Shown here piece after piece: positions 1-11,664 of a stretch of DNA of 40,424 bases. The notes below the pieces were generated by a model, which had not been told where the DNA came from, did no database searches, and saw nothing but the letters and a program-made list of their open reading frames with translations. Position 1 is the stretch's first letter, and every line of letters begins with the position of its first letter. The stretch is taken from positions 34,510,303 to 34,550,726 of the forward strand of contig NC_069003.1 in NCBI RefSeq assembly GCF_001194135.2. Direction: 5' to 3'. The DNA comes from Octopus bimaculoides. Its lineage: Eukaryota. The position numbers and the translations under genes are program-made.

Positions 1-66
<66 letters not shown>
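1..66. repeat. (CA)n microsatellite
   Basis: Direct reading of the sequence. Confidence 0.99.
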
Positions 67-67
<1 letters not shown>

Positions 68-494
68 TTATATCGGTGTTGTTGTTGTGAATGATAACAG
101 TTACCACTTGAAATTTTTAAATTCGAAATTATGTCTGTTATAATGTTGTTGCTTTAGTTTCTTGTAGCCTTTTCTTTTTAGTTCATATTTAACATTATTA
201 TCCTCTTGCGACGTAATTAAAGTCCCATTGTTTTGAGCTGTTTTGGTTTCTGTGGCCGAATTGTTTTAAGAATGAGTCTCGGAATTTTCGTAGCCATTTT
301 TCTGTGAGTTGACAACATGAAGAATAGATAACATTGGCCTAAAACTATAACAACCAACCATTTTGCTATGATTAAATCACGGACTCTAGGTAGAGACAAG
401 ATTTTTCGGAAGAGGATGTCTGTCTGTGACTTTCATAAGGAAACATTATTCTTTATAATAGCAAAACATATTTTGATTTGGCGAGACAGCAGTG

Positions 495-557
<63 letters not shown>

Positions 558-659
558 GCTACTACTACTACTATGACACACGTGGCTCAGAAGCGGTATT
601 TCCTCAAAATGTTTATTCCTAATCAAAAAGCTCGCATCGTATTGGTTGCATCCGCAATG

Positions 660-726
<67 letters not shown>

Positions 727-737
727 TAATAATAATA
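495..737. repeat. (ACT)n (495-573) and (TAA)n (657-737) trinucleotide microsatellites
   Basis: Direct reading; explains the poly-Y/T/S/I ORFs at 368-764. Confidence 0.98.
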
Positions 738-1177
738 TACAAAAATACAAAACAACTAAGCTAATAGAGAAGGTTGGATCAATGATCAATACTTCGATTT
801 TTAAAAATTGTTGTTATACATGAGTAATATATTTAATAAGCCAAGGTATTATAAAAAGGGTGTGGGGTGCGGTAAGAGTTGAGGACAAAAAGAAAGGATG
901 TCAGAAAAATAACATAAATGCAGACATATTACTGAATGTACAGAGATTTATAATAAACTATAACACAAAAAAAAAAAAAAAATACAAGAGCCAGAAATAG
1001 AAAAAAAATCATAGAAAGGATTTCACACTGAAAATAAAACTATACAATTGATCTCATAGAAAAGGCTGCCACAGAATCAATAGAATCACTACAACAGAAC
1101 TCATCTTGCATTGAACTCTTACCAAAGAAAGAATACAACGCAATAGACACGACCACATATAGAATAATGTGAACCGC

Positions 1178-1217
1178 AAAATGCAATAAAATGCAATAAA
1201 ATGCAATAAAATGCAAT
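1178..1217. repeat. 10-bp tandem repeat (AAAATGCAAT)x4
   Basis: Four exact adjacent copies. Confidence 0.95.
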
Positions 1218-1684
1218 AAAAATATTACAGAATTCACCTCACGGGAAAAAACACACGAAGTATTATGGCAAATCAAAAAATAGATATCAGAGAACCAAAA
1301 AAGGAAAAAAAAGGAAAAAGATGGAGGGAAACGGTAAAATGGTGAATGCCACAGAAGTTCCTATGGAAACATTCAACCAAGTACAGAGTCAGATCAAAAA
1401 TAGAATCACGGCCTCCATACTTATTTAAGAAAAAAAGAATATAAATGTATAAATAAAAGGAAAAACGAATAAAACACATATCGCAACGGGTCAAGAGGCG
1501 TTAAACATGGAGGACGAAGCAAAGGGAAGTAATAAGGGGAAATAGAAATGGAAAAGTAGGAGGAGGAGGAGCAGGAGGAGGAGCAGGAGGATGATAAGAA
1601 GAAGATAACACAATCGATAACACATGATTGGACGGAAGCCTCTATATGAACACAAGGTAATCCCAAAGAAGTAACTTCACTGAA

Positions 1685-1693
1685 TCTATCTAT

Positions 1694-1751
<58 letters not shown>

Positions 1752-1790
1752 GCCTGCCTATCTGTCTGTCTGCCTGCCTGCCTGTCTGTC
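1685..1790. repeat. (ATCT)n grading into (GCCT/GTCT)n tetranucleotide microsatellite
   Basis: Direct reading. Confidence 0.97.
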
Positions 1791-2412
1791 TTTATATCTA
1801 CAAGCATGTACATTAATACATCTATGTATACAAACATATATATNNNNNNNNNNNNNNNNNNNNNNNNNNNNNNNNNNNNNNNNNNNNNNNNNNNNNNNNN
1901 NNNNNNNNNNNNAAATTTACAAATGACATAGACAGGTGGATGAACAACAAATAGGTGTATTATTTTGGTGCTCGGGAAAGTGAGAAAGTCTTTTATGTTT
2001 CGAGCCTACGCTCTTCATCAAAAGAAAATAAGAGAAAATAAACAAAGAGAATAAAAAAAAAACTTGATATATAGTTGGGAAGCAAGTTTCTTACCACACA
2101 GCCACTCCTGCACATATGAACTTGCGTGCATGTATGTATGTATGTATGTATGTATGTATGTATGTATGTGTGTGAGTCTGTCTGTGTGTCTGTGTGCGTC
2201 TGTGTAACGTGGTCCTGCAAGGAATCATGTCAACGGAACCAAAATACCCGAATAGAAACAGGTTGAATGGTTTTATGTATTTAGAGAAGCAGAGATATTA
2301 TCGAGAAAGAGAGAGACCAGGATTAATCCTCTTCAGCCAGTTCCTGTCTCATTAAATAGAGAGGAAATATACCACATAACATTAATAAAACCGGAAAGAA
2401 CCCTTTACACTT

Positions 2413-2523
<111 letters not shown>

Positions 2524-2769
2524 CAGTGAAATAAAAAAGAAAAGAAAAACCCAATTAATAATTTATAAATATGGAGGTATTATTGTCAGCACTTCTGCCA
2601 GGAAAACAATTGATTTGAGTCAAACGCAGACAAAAGAAAAAAGAAAACACACAAAAAGAAAAACAGAAAAAATGCCATCATTACGACACATATGAAAAAT
2701 ATTCTAAAACACTTTAAATGCTGTAAACAAATAGAAATCAATCAGGATTGAAGCACGTGATCAATGTCG

Positions 2770-2905
2770 TCCATGGATATGTAGGTCAATGGTAGAAGTA
2801 ATTAAACAAAGATTAACACCTGAATGGCTGCCGGAAAGGAAAACATGTTTAATTTGGACAAATAAAATCACTGGTGAATCTCCACAACAGTATGACTATC
2901 CGACT
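2770..2905 (+). mobile_element. Degenerate fragment of an RLE-type non-LTR retrotransposon (region just upstream of RT)
   Basis: Translates PWICRSMVEVIKQRLTPEWLPERKTCLIWTNKITGESPQQY, resembling the PEWLTxGRTxLIPK...PxNYRP block of R4/Dong-like ORFs (from memory). Confidence 0.45.
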
Positions 2906-2949
2906 GGGTTATAACTCCTTTACAATGAACGTAGAGGGTTCATAATGTT

Positions 2950-3441
2950 TATGCCATATGGTAGGAAGGTTGTGCGCCTGGAGGGCAATAATCTATGTCT
3001 GGCAACAGGACTCTGCACCCTGCCACACAAGCAGGAGAACCCAGTCATGGCTGTCAGACAATTTCTGCGACCACATCCACCCCAAACATCTGGCTACCTA
3101 ACTGCCCAGGCTGCAACCCCCTTGATTATTATGTGTGGGGCCCAGTTGAGCGAGAGACCAACAAAACTCCTTGTAACACCAAAGATGAACTGAACGCAAG
3201 GATTATTGCATCATGCATCAACTTAATCAAGGAGATCGTCCAGAGGATTTACAGGAGATTCCGAAGTCGTCTGGAAGTCGACCGTGGTTGAAGTCAATGG
3301 AGATTTTACTGAATAAATTTACTCTTTAATATTTCAAGATATTTTTATGTAATTTTGGTAAATATGTTTGTTAAAATGAGATGTCAGTGTTATTGTCATT
3401 TTTGCGTAACTTAGACGACAATTTATTCACCGCACCCTGTA
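2950..3441 (+). mobile_element. Tc1/mariner DD37D (maT-type) transposon, 3' half with terminal inverted repeat; frameshifted
   Basis: Joined frames give YVWQQDSAPCHTSRRTQSWLSDNFCDHI/TPNIWLPNCPGCNPLDYYVWGPVERETNKTPCNTKDEL...RRFRSRLE/VVEVNGDFTE*. There are 37 residues between QQD and the NPLD aspartate. The element ends ...TTATTCACCGCACCCTG followed by TA (3440-3441). Confidence 0.88.
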
Positions 3442-3619
3442 TATACTAGTAGAAAAATATACGTACATGCATGCATATTTACATACCTGATTACATACGT
3501 ACACACACACACACATAGATACATAGATACATACACACACACATACACACATACATACATATACATATACATAGACATATATCTATAAATATAAATATAT
3601 GAACATAAATACACCCCCC

Positions 3620-3650
<31 letters not shown>

Positions 3651-4552
3651 CTATTGAACTACGTTGCGTAGAAACGATTGCAGTGATTTGAAAATAAATG
3701 TCCAGCCGTACGCCTTCTTGTTGAATTCAATGTTTCAATTACACACACACACACANNNNNNNNNNNNNNNNNNNNNNNNNNNNNNNNNNNNNNNNNNNNN
3801 NNNNNNNNNNNNNNNNNNNNNNNNNNNNNNNNNNNNNNNNNNNNNNNNNNNNNNNNNNNNNNNNNNNNNNNNNNNNNNNNNNNNNNNNNNNNNNNNNNNN
3901 NNNNNNNNNNNNNNNNNNNNNNNNNNNNNNNNNNNNNNNNNNNNNNNNNNNNNNNNNNNNNNNNNNNNNNNNNNNNNNNNNNNNNNNNNNNNNNNNNNNN
4001 NNNNNNNNNNNNNNNNNNNNNNNNNNNNNNNNNNNNNNNNNNNNNNNNNNNNNNNNNNNNNNNNNNNNNNNNNNNNNNNNNNNNNNNNNNNNNNNNNNNN
4101 NNNNNNNNNNNNNNNNNNNNNNNNNNNNNNNNNNNNNNNNNNNNNNNNNNNNNNNNNNNNNNNNNNNNNNNNNNNNNNNNNNNNNNNNNNNNNNNNNNNN
4201 NNNNNNNNNNNNNNNNNNNNNNNNNNNNNNNNNNNNNNNNNNNNNNNNNNNNNNNNNNNNNNNNNNNNNNNNNNNNNNNNNNNNNNNNNNNNNNNNNNNN
4301 NNNNNNNNNNNNNNNNNNNNNNNNNNNNNNNNTGTTAATCAGAGCCGCATTGCGTCACGGACATCCGGGAACTCCGCTACGCACTTCAAATGAATGTCCT
4401 CCAATGAAATGAAGGTAAATCCCCGATAGTTAATAAAAAAAGAACACCTATGTGTTTCTGTGTCTCTCTCTATTTATGTGTGTTTGTGTGTCTGTGCTTT
4501 TCAGATATTTCTTGGCTATATACATAAATAAGAATATTAGGCCTATGTGCGA

Positions 4553-4553
4553 A

Positions 4554-4625
<72 letters not shown>
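4553..4625. repeat. (ATCT)n microsatellite
   Basis: Direct reading. Confidence 0.97.
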
Positions 4626-4691
4626 CATCTAAATAAACTAGAAAACAAAGCGTGACATTGACAGTTTGTCAATCAAAATATTTAGCACGTG

Positions 4692-4778
4692 GTTGTTGTT
4701 GTTCTTGTTGCTGTTTAGCCCCAGGTTTGCCTTTATCGAGCAGAATTATAACCAAAAGGTGTTTCAATCGTGACTAGA
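4692..4778 (-). mobile_element. 3' end of a SINE-like repeat (family D here; ends GACCTGGGGCTAAACAACAAC)
   Basis: The reverse complement matches the 3' end of copies at 37280-37450 (+) and 32335-32825 (-), including the (CAA)n tail. Confidence 0.7.
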
Positions 4779-4894
4779 TTCGATTTAACTGCCGTGGGGA
4801 TTTGATTGTTGATTCTAGCGGCTGGAGCGAATAAGTAAAATTTCACTCGTAGCTTCAGACGAAATACTGTGAGTTCGTGTGATAAATAGAGGAC

Positions 4895-4896
<2 letters not shown>

Positions 4897-4958
<62 letters not shown>

Positions 4959-5150
4959 GAGAGAGAGAGAGAGAAAGAAAGATGGAGAAAAGAAAAGGAG
5001 AGAAAGAGAAAACAAGAAACAGAAAGAGATATATATAGTAAGATAGAGATGGATAAATACTAACAGAAGGAGAAAGATGAAGAGAGAGGGAGAGAGGGAG
5101 AGAGGGAGAGGGAGAGATGAAGAGAGAGGGGAGAGAGAGAGAGACAGAGA
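4897..5150. repeat. (GA)n and GA-rich polypurine tract
   Basis: Direct reading. Confidence 0.95.
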
Positions 5151-5236
5151 GTATGTGATTCCCTTATCATGGCTGATCACGAGTAGATTATAAAAAGAAA
5201 CGTTAAAAATAGAGAAAAGCCAGCAAGTTAATAATG

Positions 5237-5345
5237 ATTGGTCACGTGACACAGTAAACGGAAGTGTCAATCATGTAAAGGTGCGAAAGAAATGAAGATG
5301 GCGGCGGAGACTAAGAATTGGTTGAGCAAGGAGGAGGGCGGGAAG
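5237..5345 (+). promoter_or_regulatory. Putative housekeeping-type promoter / first exon
   Basis: ATTGG 5237-5241; GTCACGTGAC palindrome 5241-5250; CGGAAGTG (ETS) 5259-5266; AAGATGGCGGC (YY1, overlapping an ATG) 5295-5305; ATTGG 5317-5321; GGGCGG 5336-5341. A possible donor AAG|GTTGAG follows 5345. Strand is uncertain. Confidence 0.5.
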
Positions 5346-5519
5346 GTTGAGGAAGAGAGAGATTAAGTGTGAGGTTAATGAGAAGGTTTTAGATTGAAAG
5401 GAGGGAAAAAATAGTAACATTATTATCCGCCAGGAGTCGTTGTTACTGAAAATAATTCTTGTGAGCTTCTTTTGATGAAGTCCTGCTGGGTAAAGGCGAC
5501 CAGTTAATAGAAGAATGGA

Positions 5520-5845
5520 GATTAGATGTAATTGAATATACATACATACATACATACATACATACATACGTACATTCGTACGTACATACGTACGTACACA
5601 TGTACATAAATATATATGCGTATACGTGTGTGTGTGTCTATGTATCAATAATATAAACACACACACACATATATATTCATGTATACATGCATGCATACAT
5701 ACATACCATACATACATACATACATAAATACATTCGTACGTACATATATACGTACATATATATATGTGTATGCGTGTGTGTGTATGTCTATGTATCAATA
5801 ATATAAACACACGCATATATATATATATATACATACATCTACACA
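5520..5845. repeat. (CATA)/(CA)/(TA) compound microsatellite containing a ~150-bp tandem duplication
   Basis: TGTCTATGTATCAATAATATAAACACAC occurs at ~5635 and ~5785. Confidence 0.85.
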
Positions 5846-6010
5846 TGCATCGTGTCTCTGGGTAGATTTTCGAACACTTCCTTGATCTTGACAACTAACT
5901 CGGCCTTGGGTTGTCTTTCTCAACCACGTTCCACTCATTGCAATCCATGGGATTACAAGTGGGAGAATTAGGAGGCCAGACATTGAAGCTGGTGAAGTCG
6001 TAGAAATTAC
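5835..6010 (-). mobile_element. Tc1/mariner (maT-like) transposase C-terminal fragment
   Basis: Minus strand gives NFYDFTSFNVWPPNSPTCNPMDCNEWNVVEKDN/KAELVVKIKEVFENLPRDTM, matching the WPPNSPDxNPxD motif and the following helices. Confidence 0.75.
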
Positions 6011-7284
6011 CAAATTAATTCCAGTTCTGTATTCCTTCTGTCTTCACTCCTCAGATCATAACCGAAATGTTCGACCTGAAAATATTTACATCGTTTCGAA
6101 ATTAAAGCGAGCCCTCTCTCTTCGGAAACCTTTATTAAAATTTTCTCTTTTTATTCTCCTTCTTTCAAATCCAATATAGTTTCTGGCATTTCGGATTTGA
6201 AGAAAAATAGTTCTTTTATTCATATTTTAACCAAAATTTTAGTTTCCTTTCAATCTTCTTTACAAACTGCTACACGTTCTGCTATTACAGAATTATTAAA
6301 AAATAGTTGTATTATTTTGATTTTAATTCCAATAATTCTTATTATCACCATTTCCCATGACACTAAACGTTTATACGAACTGCCAAAGAAACCACAGAAT
6401 TATTGAAAAATTGTACAATTGTTACCATTTTAATCCCAATACACTATTTCCCAGTCTTCTTGCTTACATTTCCCCGTCTTTTTAAATTACTGTCCGCTCA
6501 ACTAAAAGTACAAAATTACTGAAAGTTCTTCCTTTGTTACCATCTCAATGCTAACAAATCAGTCAAATTTCTCACATCATTAATCTGTCGTTCTTTCTCA
6601 TCTCTCAATATCTCTCTCTCCCTCTCCCCTCCTCCCTCTCCCCCTCCTCTCTCTCCCCCTCCTNNNNNNNNNNNNNNNNNNNNNNNNNNNNNNNNNNNNN
6701 NNNNNNNNNNNNNNNNNNNNNNNNNNNNNNNNNNNNNNNNNNNNNNNNNNNNNNNNNNNNNNNNNNNNNNNNNNNNNNNNNNNNNNNNNNNNNNNNNNNN
6801 NNNNNNNNNNNNNNNNNNNNNNNNNNNNNNNNNNNNNNNNNNNNNNNNNNNNNNNNNNNNNNNNNNNNNNNNNNNNNNNNNNNNNNNNNNNNNNNNNNNN
6901 NNNNNNNNNNNNNNNNNNNNNNNNNNNNNNNNNNNNNNNNNNNNNNNNNNNNNNNNNNNNNNNNNNNNNNNNNNNNNNNNNNNNNNNNNNNNNNNNNNNN
7001 NNNNNNNNNNNNNNNNNNNNNNNNNNNNNNNNNNNNNNNNNNNNNNNNNNNNNNNNNNNNNNNNNNNNNNNNNNNNNNNNNNNNNNNNNNNNNNNNNNNN
7101 NNNNNNNNNNNNNNNNNNNNNNNNNNNNNNNNNNNNNNNNNNNNNNNNNNNNNNNNNNNNNNNNNNNNNNNTGTGACTCTGAGCCAGACAATTCCATCAT
7201 CCTCTACACTCGAACTTGCTACACCACTCTTCATCACTCTTGAGTCAGGCGTAATGGTTTAATTACCGGCTTCTGACAATTTTA

Positions 7285-7312
7285 TGTGTGTATGTATATG
7301 TGTTTGAGTGTG

Positions 7313-7343
<31 letters not shown>

Positions 7344-8297
7344 CTCTCTCTATGTATATACCTGTATGTGCGTGTATGTGTGTGCGTGTGTGTGTGTATG
7401 TGTGTGTGTGTGTGTGTGTGTGTCTGTGTGTGTGTCCATGCATATGATACTGTGTATTTCCGAAGAAAGTTCCTTCCTACAACGTTACACATATCTATTG
7501 TTCAACCTTCCTTCATACATGCCTACATTCTTTCGTTCTTTTCTCATTCATTCAATCGTTCGTTCGTTCGTTCCTTCGCTCGCTCATTCTTCATTTCTGT
7601 ATTTCTTTATTCATTTTACCTTCCCACCCCACAACCCATTATTATATTCCCATACCCACCACCGCTTCTTTATTGGTTCACTAAGAATTAAAGTGACGTG
7701 GAACTTTCCTTTAGTCGGTCGGTTGGCGACGTAAGAAATATTTCACTTGTCTTCAGAAACAAAAAAAAACCCCAAACAAACAAACAACTATTAAAATACA
7801 ACAAAAAGCAAGACAAAGAGAAAATAACAAAGACTAACATAAAAATACATGACATCATCGACACAAATTTATTTACTTTCAGTTTCACTTTCAACAAAAT
7901 GGTTTTATCTCGTTTATATTTCTCGGTTTTTAAAATTTATTTTTGAGGTGTTTTGTTTCTTACATATGTACGGTAATATATACATACATTGACATATAAG
8001 AAGTACATACATACATATATACATCTACATATATGTTCATCTATACACACACACACACGCACACATATATATATACGTGCGTGCACGCATACATATAAAC
8101 ATACATACACGCACATACGTTCATACATATATACATATATGTACATACAACTATACATGTATTTATAAACACATACATTTATATACTTACATACACACGT
8201 ACATACATACGTCCAGGCATACGACCGTACATAAACACGCACATACATACAATCATACATACATACGTACATACATACATGTATACATACATACATA
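7285..8297. repeat. (TG)n and (CATA/CA/TA)n low-complexity tracts (7285-7437, 7975-8297)
   Basis: Direct reading. Confidence 0.9.
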
Positions 8298-9356
8298 TAA
8301 AGAAAAATATAAATTGCGAAATAAAATACCTAAAACTAAAATTGAGATAAAGACATTTTGTTCAAATTGAAATGAAAAGTAAATGATTGCATGGAAATGT
8401 TTATTTTTCACGTGTCATCTTATGTACACACATACATACATAAACACACACACACACATACATAGACTTATGTGTGTTCATATATATNNNNNNNNNNNNN
8501 NNNNNNNNNNNNNNNNNNNNNNNNNNNNNNNNNNNNNNNNNNNNNNNNNNNNNNNNNNNNNNNNNNNNNNNNNNNNNNNNNNNNNNNNATATATATATAT
8601 ATATATAAAATATTACATAAACAAATACAAAAATCAGAGACAGAGTAATTGTGTGTGTATATGTTTGGAGGTATATATGATATTTATATGTATGTATAAT
8701 ACCTACTTACCAACCTAACAACCTATATATATATATGCATACATACATACATACATATATATATGCATATATATACACACACATATATATATATACATAT
8801 ATATCTCGTTACGAGATAATGTCTCTTCTAGACGTATAGTGTTAAAAGCAGAAATATATCACCAGCAGGTGAAAAATCAACCAATAGCGGCATTGGCATT
8901 ACTAAATCTAGATTTCTGCATTTTAAAATTTCATCAGAAGCAAGTATCCACGAGCACCGTATGTTAAAGGAAAATCTGCTGCTAGCTGAGTTAGTTAAGC
9001 AGTGATCTGCATGTCATACTGAAAGCCTTCTAAACTGCAGTATTCATTTCGAGAAAGCAATCCCGCTAATTTGAAGTAATAGTGCTTCCGTAACTGATAA
9101 AGAATGTTTTTCTTATTGTTACAAACATTACAAACGGTTGGAAAAGATGGGTGCGAGGAAAATTATCTCATAAGCAATGGTGCAACTTGAATACATAATT
9201 TATAAACAATGGAAACACAGAATATAGAATACGGAATTGTCTCCTTCTAGCAGACACACAAACACAAACACACACACGCGTGCGCGCGCAAGTAAGCATT
9301 TCTATGTTATGTAAACATCTTATTCACACACGCTCATTTCTATGCGTATATATATA

Positions 9357-9388
<32 letters not shown>

Positions 9389-9812
9389 NNNNNNNNNNNN
9401 NNNNNNNNNNNNNNNNNNNNNNNNNNNNNNNNNNNNNNNNNNNNNNNNNNNNNNNNNNNNNNNNNNNNNNNNNNNNNNNNNNNNNNNNNNNNNNNNNNNN
9501 NNNNNNNNNNNNNNNNNNNNNNNNNNNNNNNNNNNNNNNNNNNNNNNNNNNNNNNNNNNNNNNNNNNNNNNNNNNNNNNNNNNNNNNNNNNNNNNNNNNN
9601 NNNNNNNNNNNNNNNNNNNNNNNNNNNNNNNNNNNNNNNNNNNNNNNNNNNNNNNNNNNNNNNNNNNNNNNNNNNNNNNNNNNNNNNNNNNNNNNNNNNN
9701 NNNNNNNNNNNNNNNNNNNNNNNNNNNNNNNNNNNNNNNNNNNNNNNNNNNNNNNNNNNNNNNNNNNNNNNNNNNNNNCACACACACACACACACACACA
9801 CAACACGCACAC

Positions 9813-9849
<37 letters not shown>

Positions 9850-9998
9850 GTTTATAACTATCACTTGTGTTTTTTTTTGTTCATAGACTTTTTGTAATTA
9901 ACTCATCTCCTCCATTTCATTATTACTTTTTTTATGTTCAATTTGGAGCAATAATAATTTTCCTAGGTCCATCAACATTTTCATTCCTTGTTCGTTCC

Positions 9999-10011
9999 TT
10001 AATAATAATAA

Positions 10012-10062
<51 letters not shown>

Positions 10063-10163
10063 TGATGATGATGATGATAATAATTATTGTTGTTGTTGTT
10101 ATTATTATCATCATCATCATTATTATTATTATTATTGTTGTTGTTGTTGTTGTTGTTCTTCTT

Positions 10164-10194
<31 letters not shown>

Positions 10195-10260
10195 TTATTA
10201 TTATCATCATCATCATCATCATCATTATTATTATTATTATTATTATTGTCATCATCAACT
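9999..10260. repeat. Compound trinucleotide microsatellite (AAT, GAT, GTT, ATT, ATC, CTT blocks)
   Basis: Direct reading; source of the poly-I/M/V/L/N/D/K ORFs. Confidence 0.97.
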
Positions 10261-10965
10261 TCATTAATTTTATCGGCCATCTTGCTTCTGAAATAGTATC
10301 TCGGCAAGAAGAAAAATCGGTTTTGTTTTAGCTGTAACATAATCTAATGACACCGAATGCCACCTGTCGGAGATTGTAAGTAGAACAGCTTCACTGCCAC
10401 ACACACACACGCACACTCGTTGACACTTAACGACATCCTATACTCACAAAAATTCACTGAGAATTAGGTTCTGCCTTAGCGCATTAACCCTCTTTTACAC
10501 ATATGCCAAAGTAGACTTTCATAATATACAACAGAAATAGACCGCTTATATACGGCTTCCAGGAATTCGGAATTTCCAGAAATCCGGAAATACTGTGCAA
10601 CATCATACAATATATAGTATTAAGTAAGCAGACGTTGTTTTCGAAGTGGATTAATGTGCTTATGTTGTGTTAAAAATAGTTTTGTTCTTTAGTTTTTAAG
10701 CAAATTGTTGATGATTAAACATTGCTCCGCTTTATATTTGTCTAATTTGTACCTGTATCTGTTAAATAAAATCATGTTCTTGTCTTTGTTTAATTTTCAT
10801 TCTATTAACATTTTCCTGTATAAACAGTGGAGTAAGATATATTTTTGAGTATGTCAATTGGATTAGTAAATATCAAACAGACTTTGCTTTGGAAATATAT
10901 TAATTTGAATCTGTTTTAATACAATTTAGATCTTTACTTTTCATAGTTTGTTTTATATTTTAAGT

Positions 10966-11056
10966 ATATGTGGCTGTGTGGTAAGAATCTTTCTTCCCAA
11001 ATACATACTACAGCCACGGGACGACCAAAGCCTTGTGAGTGGATTTGGTAGACGGG
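10966..11056 (+). mobile_element. tRNA-derived SINE family B, internally deleted 5' half
   Basis: GTGGCTGTGTGGTAAGAA...CGACCAAAGCCTTGTGAGTGGATTTGGTAGACGG, matching the copy at 32858-33262. Confidence 0.8.
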
Positions 11057-11240
11057 GTGAATCGTTGGTGATTTTTTTTCTCCGTGTTCCTTTTCTCTTG
11101 GACTTTCTTCTGTCTCCTGTCTTTGAAGAAGAGCATTGATCGAAACGTAAAACCACCTTTCTTTCCGTCCCTGAGCGTCTGCTTGCATGTACCACGTTCT
11201 CACATTGCTTTTCTTGTGTTTGTTCTTCGTTTTTTTGATT

Positions 11241-11272
<32 letters not shown>

Positions 11273-11456
11273 NNNNNNNNNNTATATATATATATATATA
11301 TAGTTATATTTTTCTTACGAAAGATACAGACGACATAGAAGTGCTCAAGTTGAACCTGAGACGTTAAACAAATATAATAAATAGAATGTTCGTTGTAGTT
11401 TGCCTGATTTGAACTTTCTCCATTCCATTTATTATACTTATATATATATATATATT

Positions 11457-11644
11457 TGTGTGTTTGTGTCTGTATTTGTCCCTCCGCCATTGCTTGACAA
11501 CCGATGTTGGTGTGTCTACGTACCCGTAACTTAGCGGTTCGGCAAAAGAGACCGCTAGAATAAGTACCAGTTGAACACTGGTGTCGATATAATTGACTTA
11601 CCTCTTCCCCGAAATTGCTGGCCTTGTGCCAAAATTTGAAATCA
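11457..11644 (+). mobile_element. Chimeric SINE: family B 3' half joined to a family A tail
   Basis: GCTTGACAACCGATGTTGG...CCCGTAACTTAGCGGTTCGGCAAAAGAGACC (assigned to family B from memory of the octopus consensus) continues through AATAAGTACCAG (11559-11570) into TTGAACACTGG...GCCTTGTGCCAAAATTTGAAATC, the same tail as the adjacent family A copy. Confidence 0.7.
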
Positions 11645-11664
11645 ATATTTTACAGTACAAAGAA

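Noticed and set aside
2950-6010. Two mariner fragments in inverted orientation as a composite transposon or dsRNA stem
   Set aside because: Their 3' ends face inward, the second lacks a visible TIR, and by eye they are only about 60% identical (different subfamilies).
5996-6072. Possible 65-nt minus-strand exon VEHFGYDLRSEDRRNTELELI
   Set aside because: The apparent donor GTAATT lies at the start of the mariner fragment (GNFYDF), so coincidence is likely.
10260-10375. Splice-flanked segment 10332-10375 (+) and AAGATGGCCG/MADKINEV start (-)
   Set aside because: The + segment has stops in all frames; the minus-strand ATG runs straight into a microsatellite with no donor.
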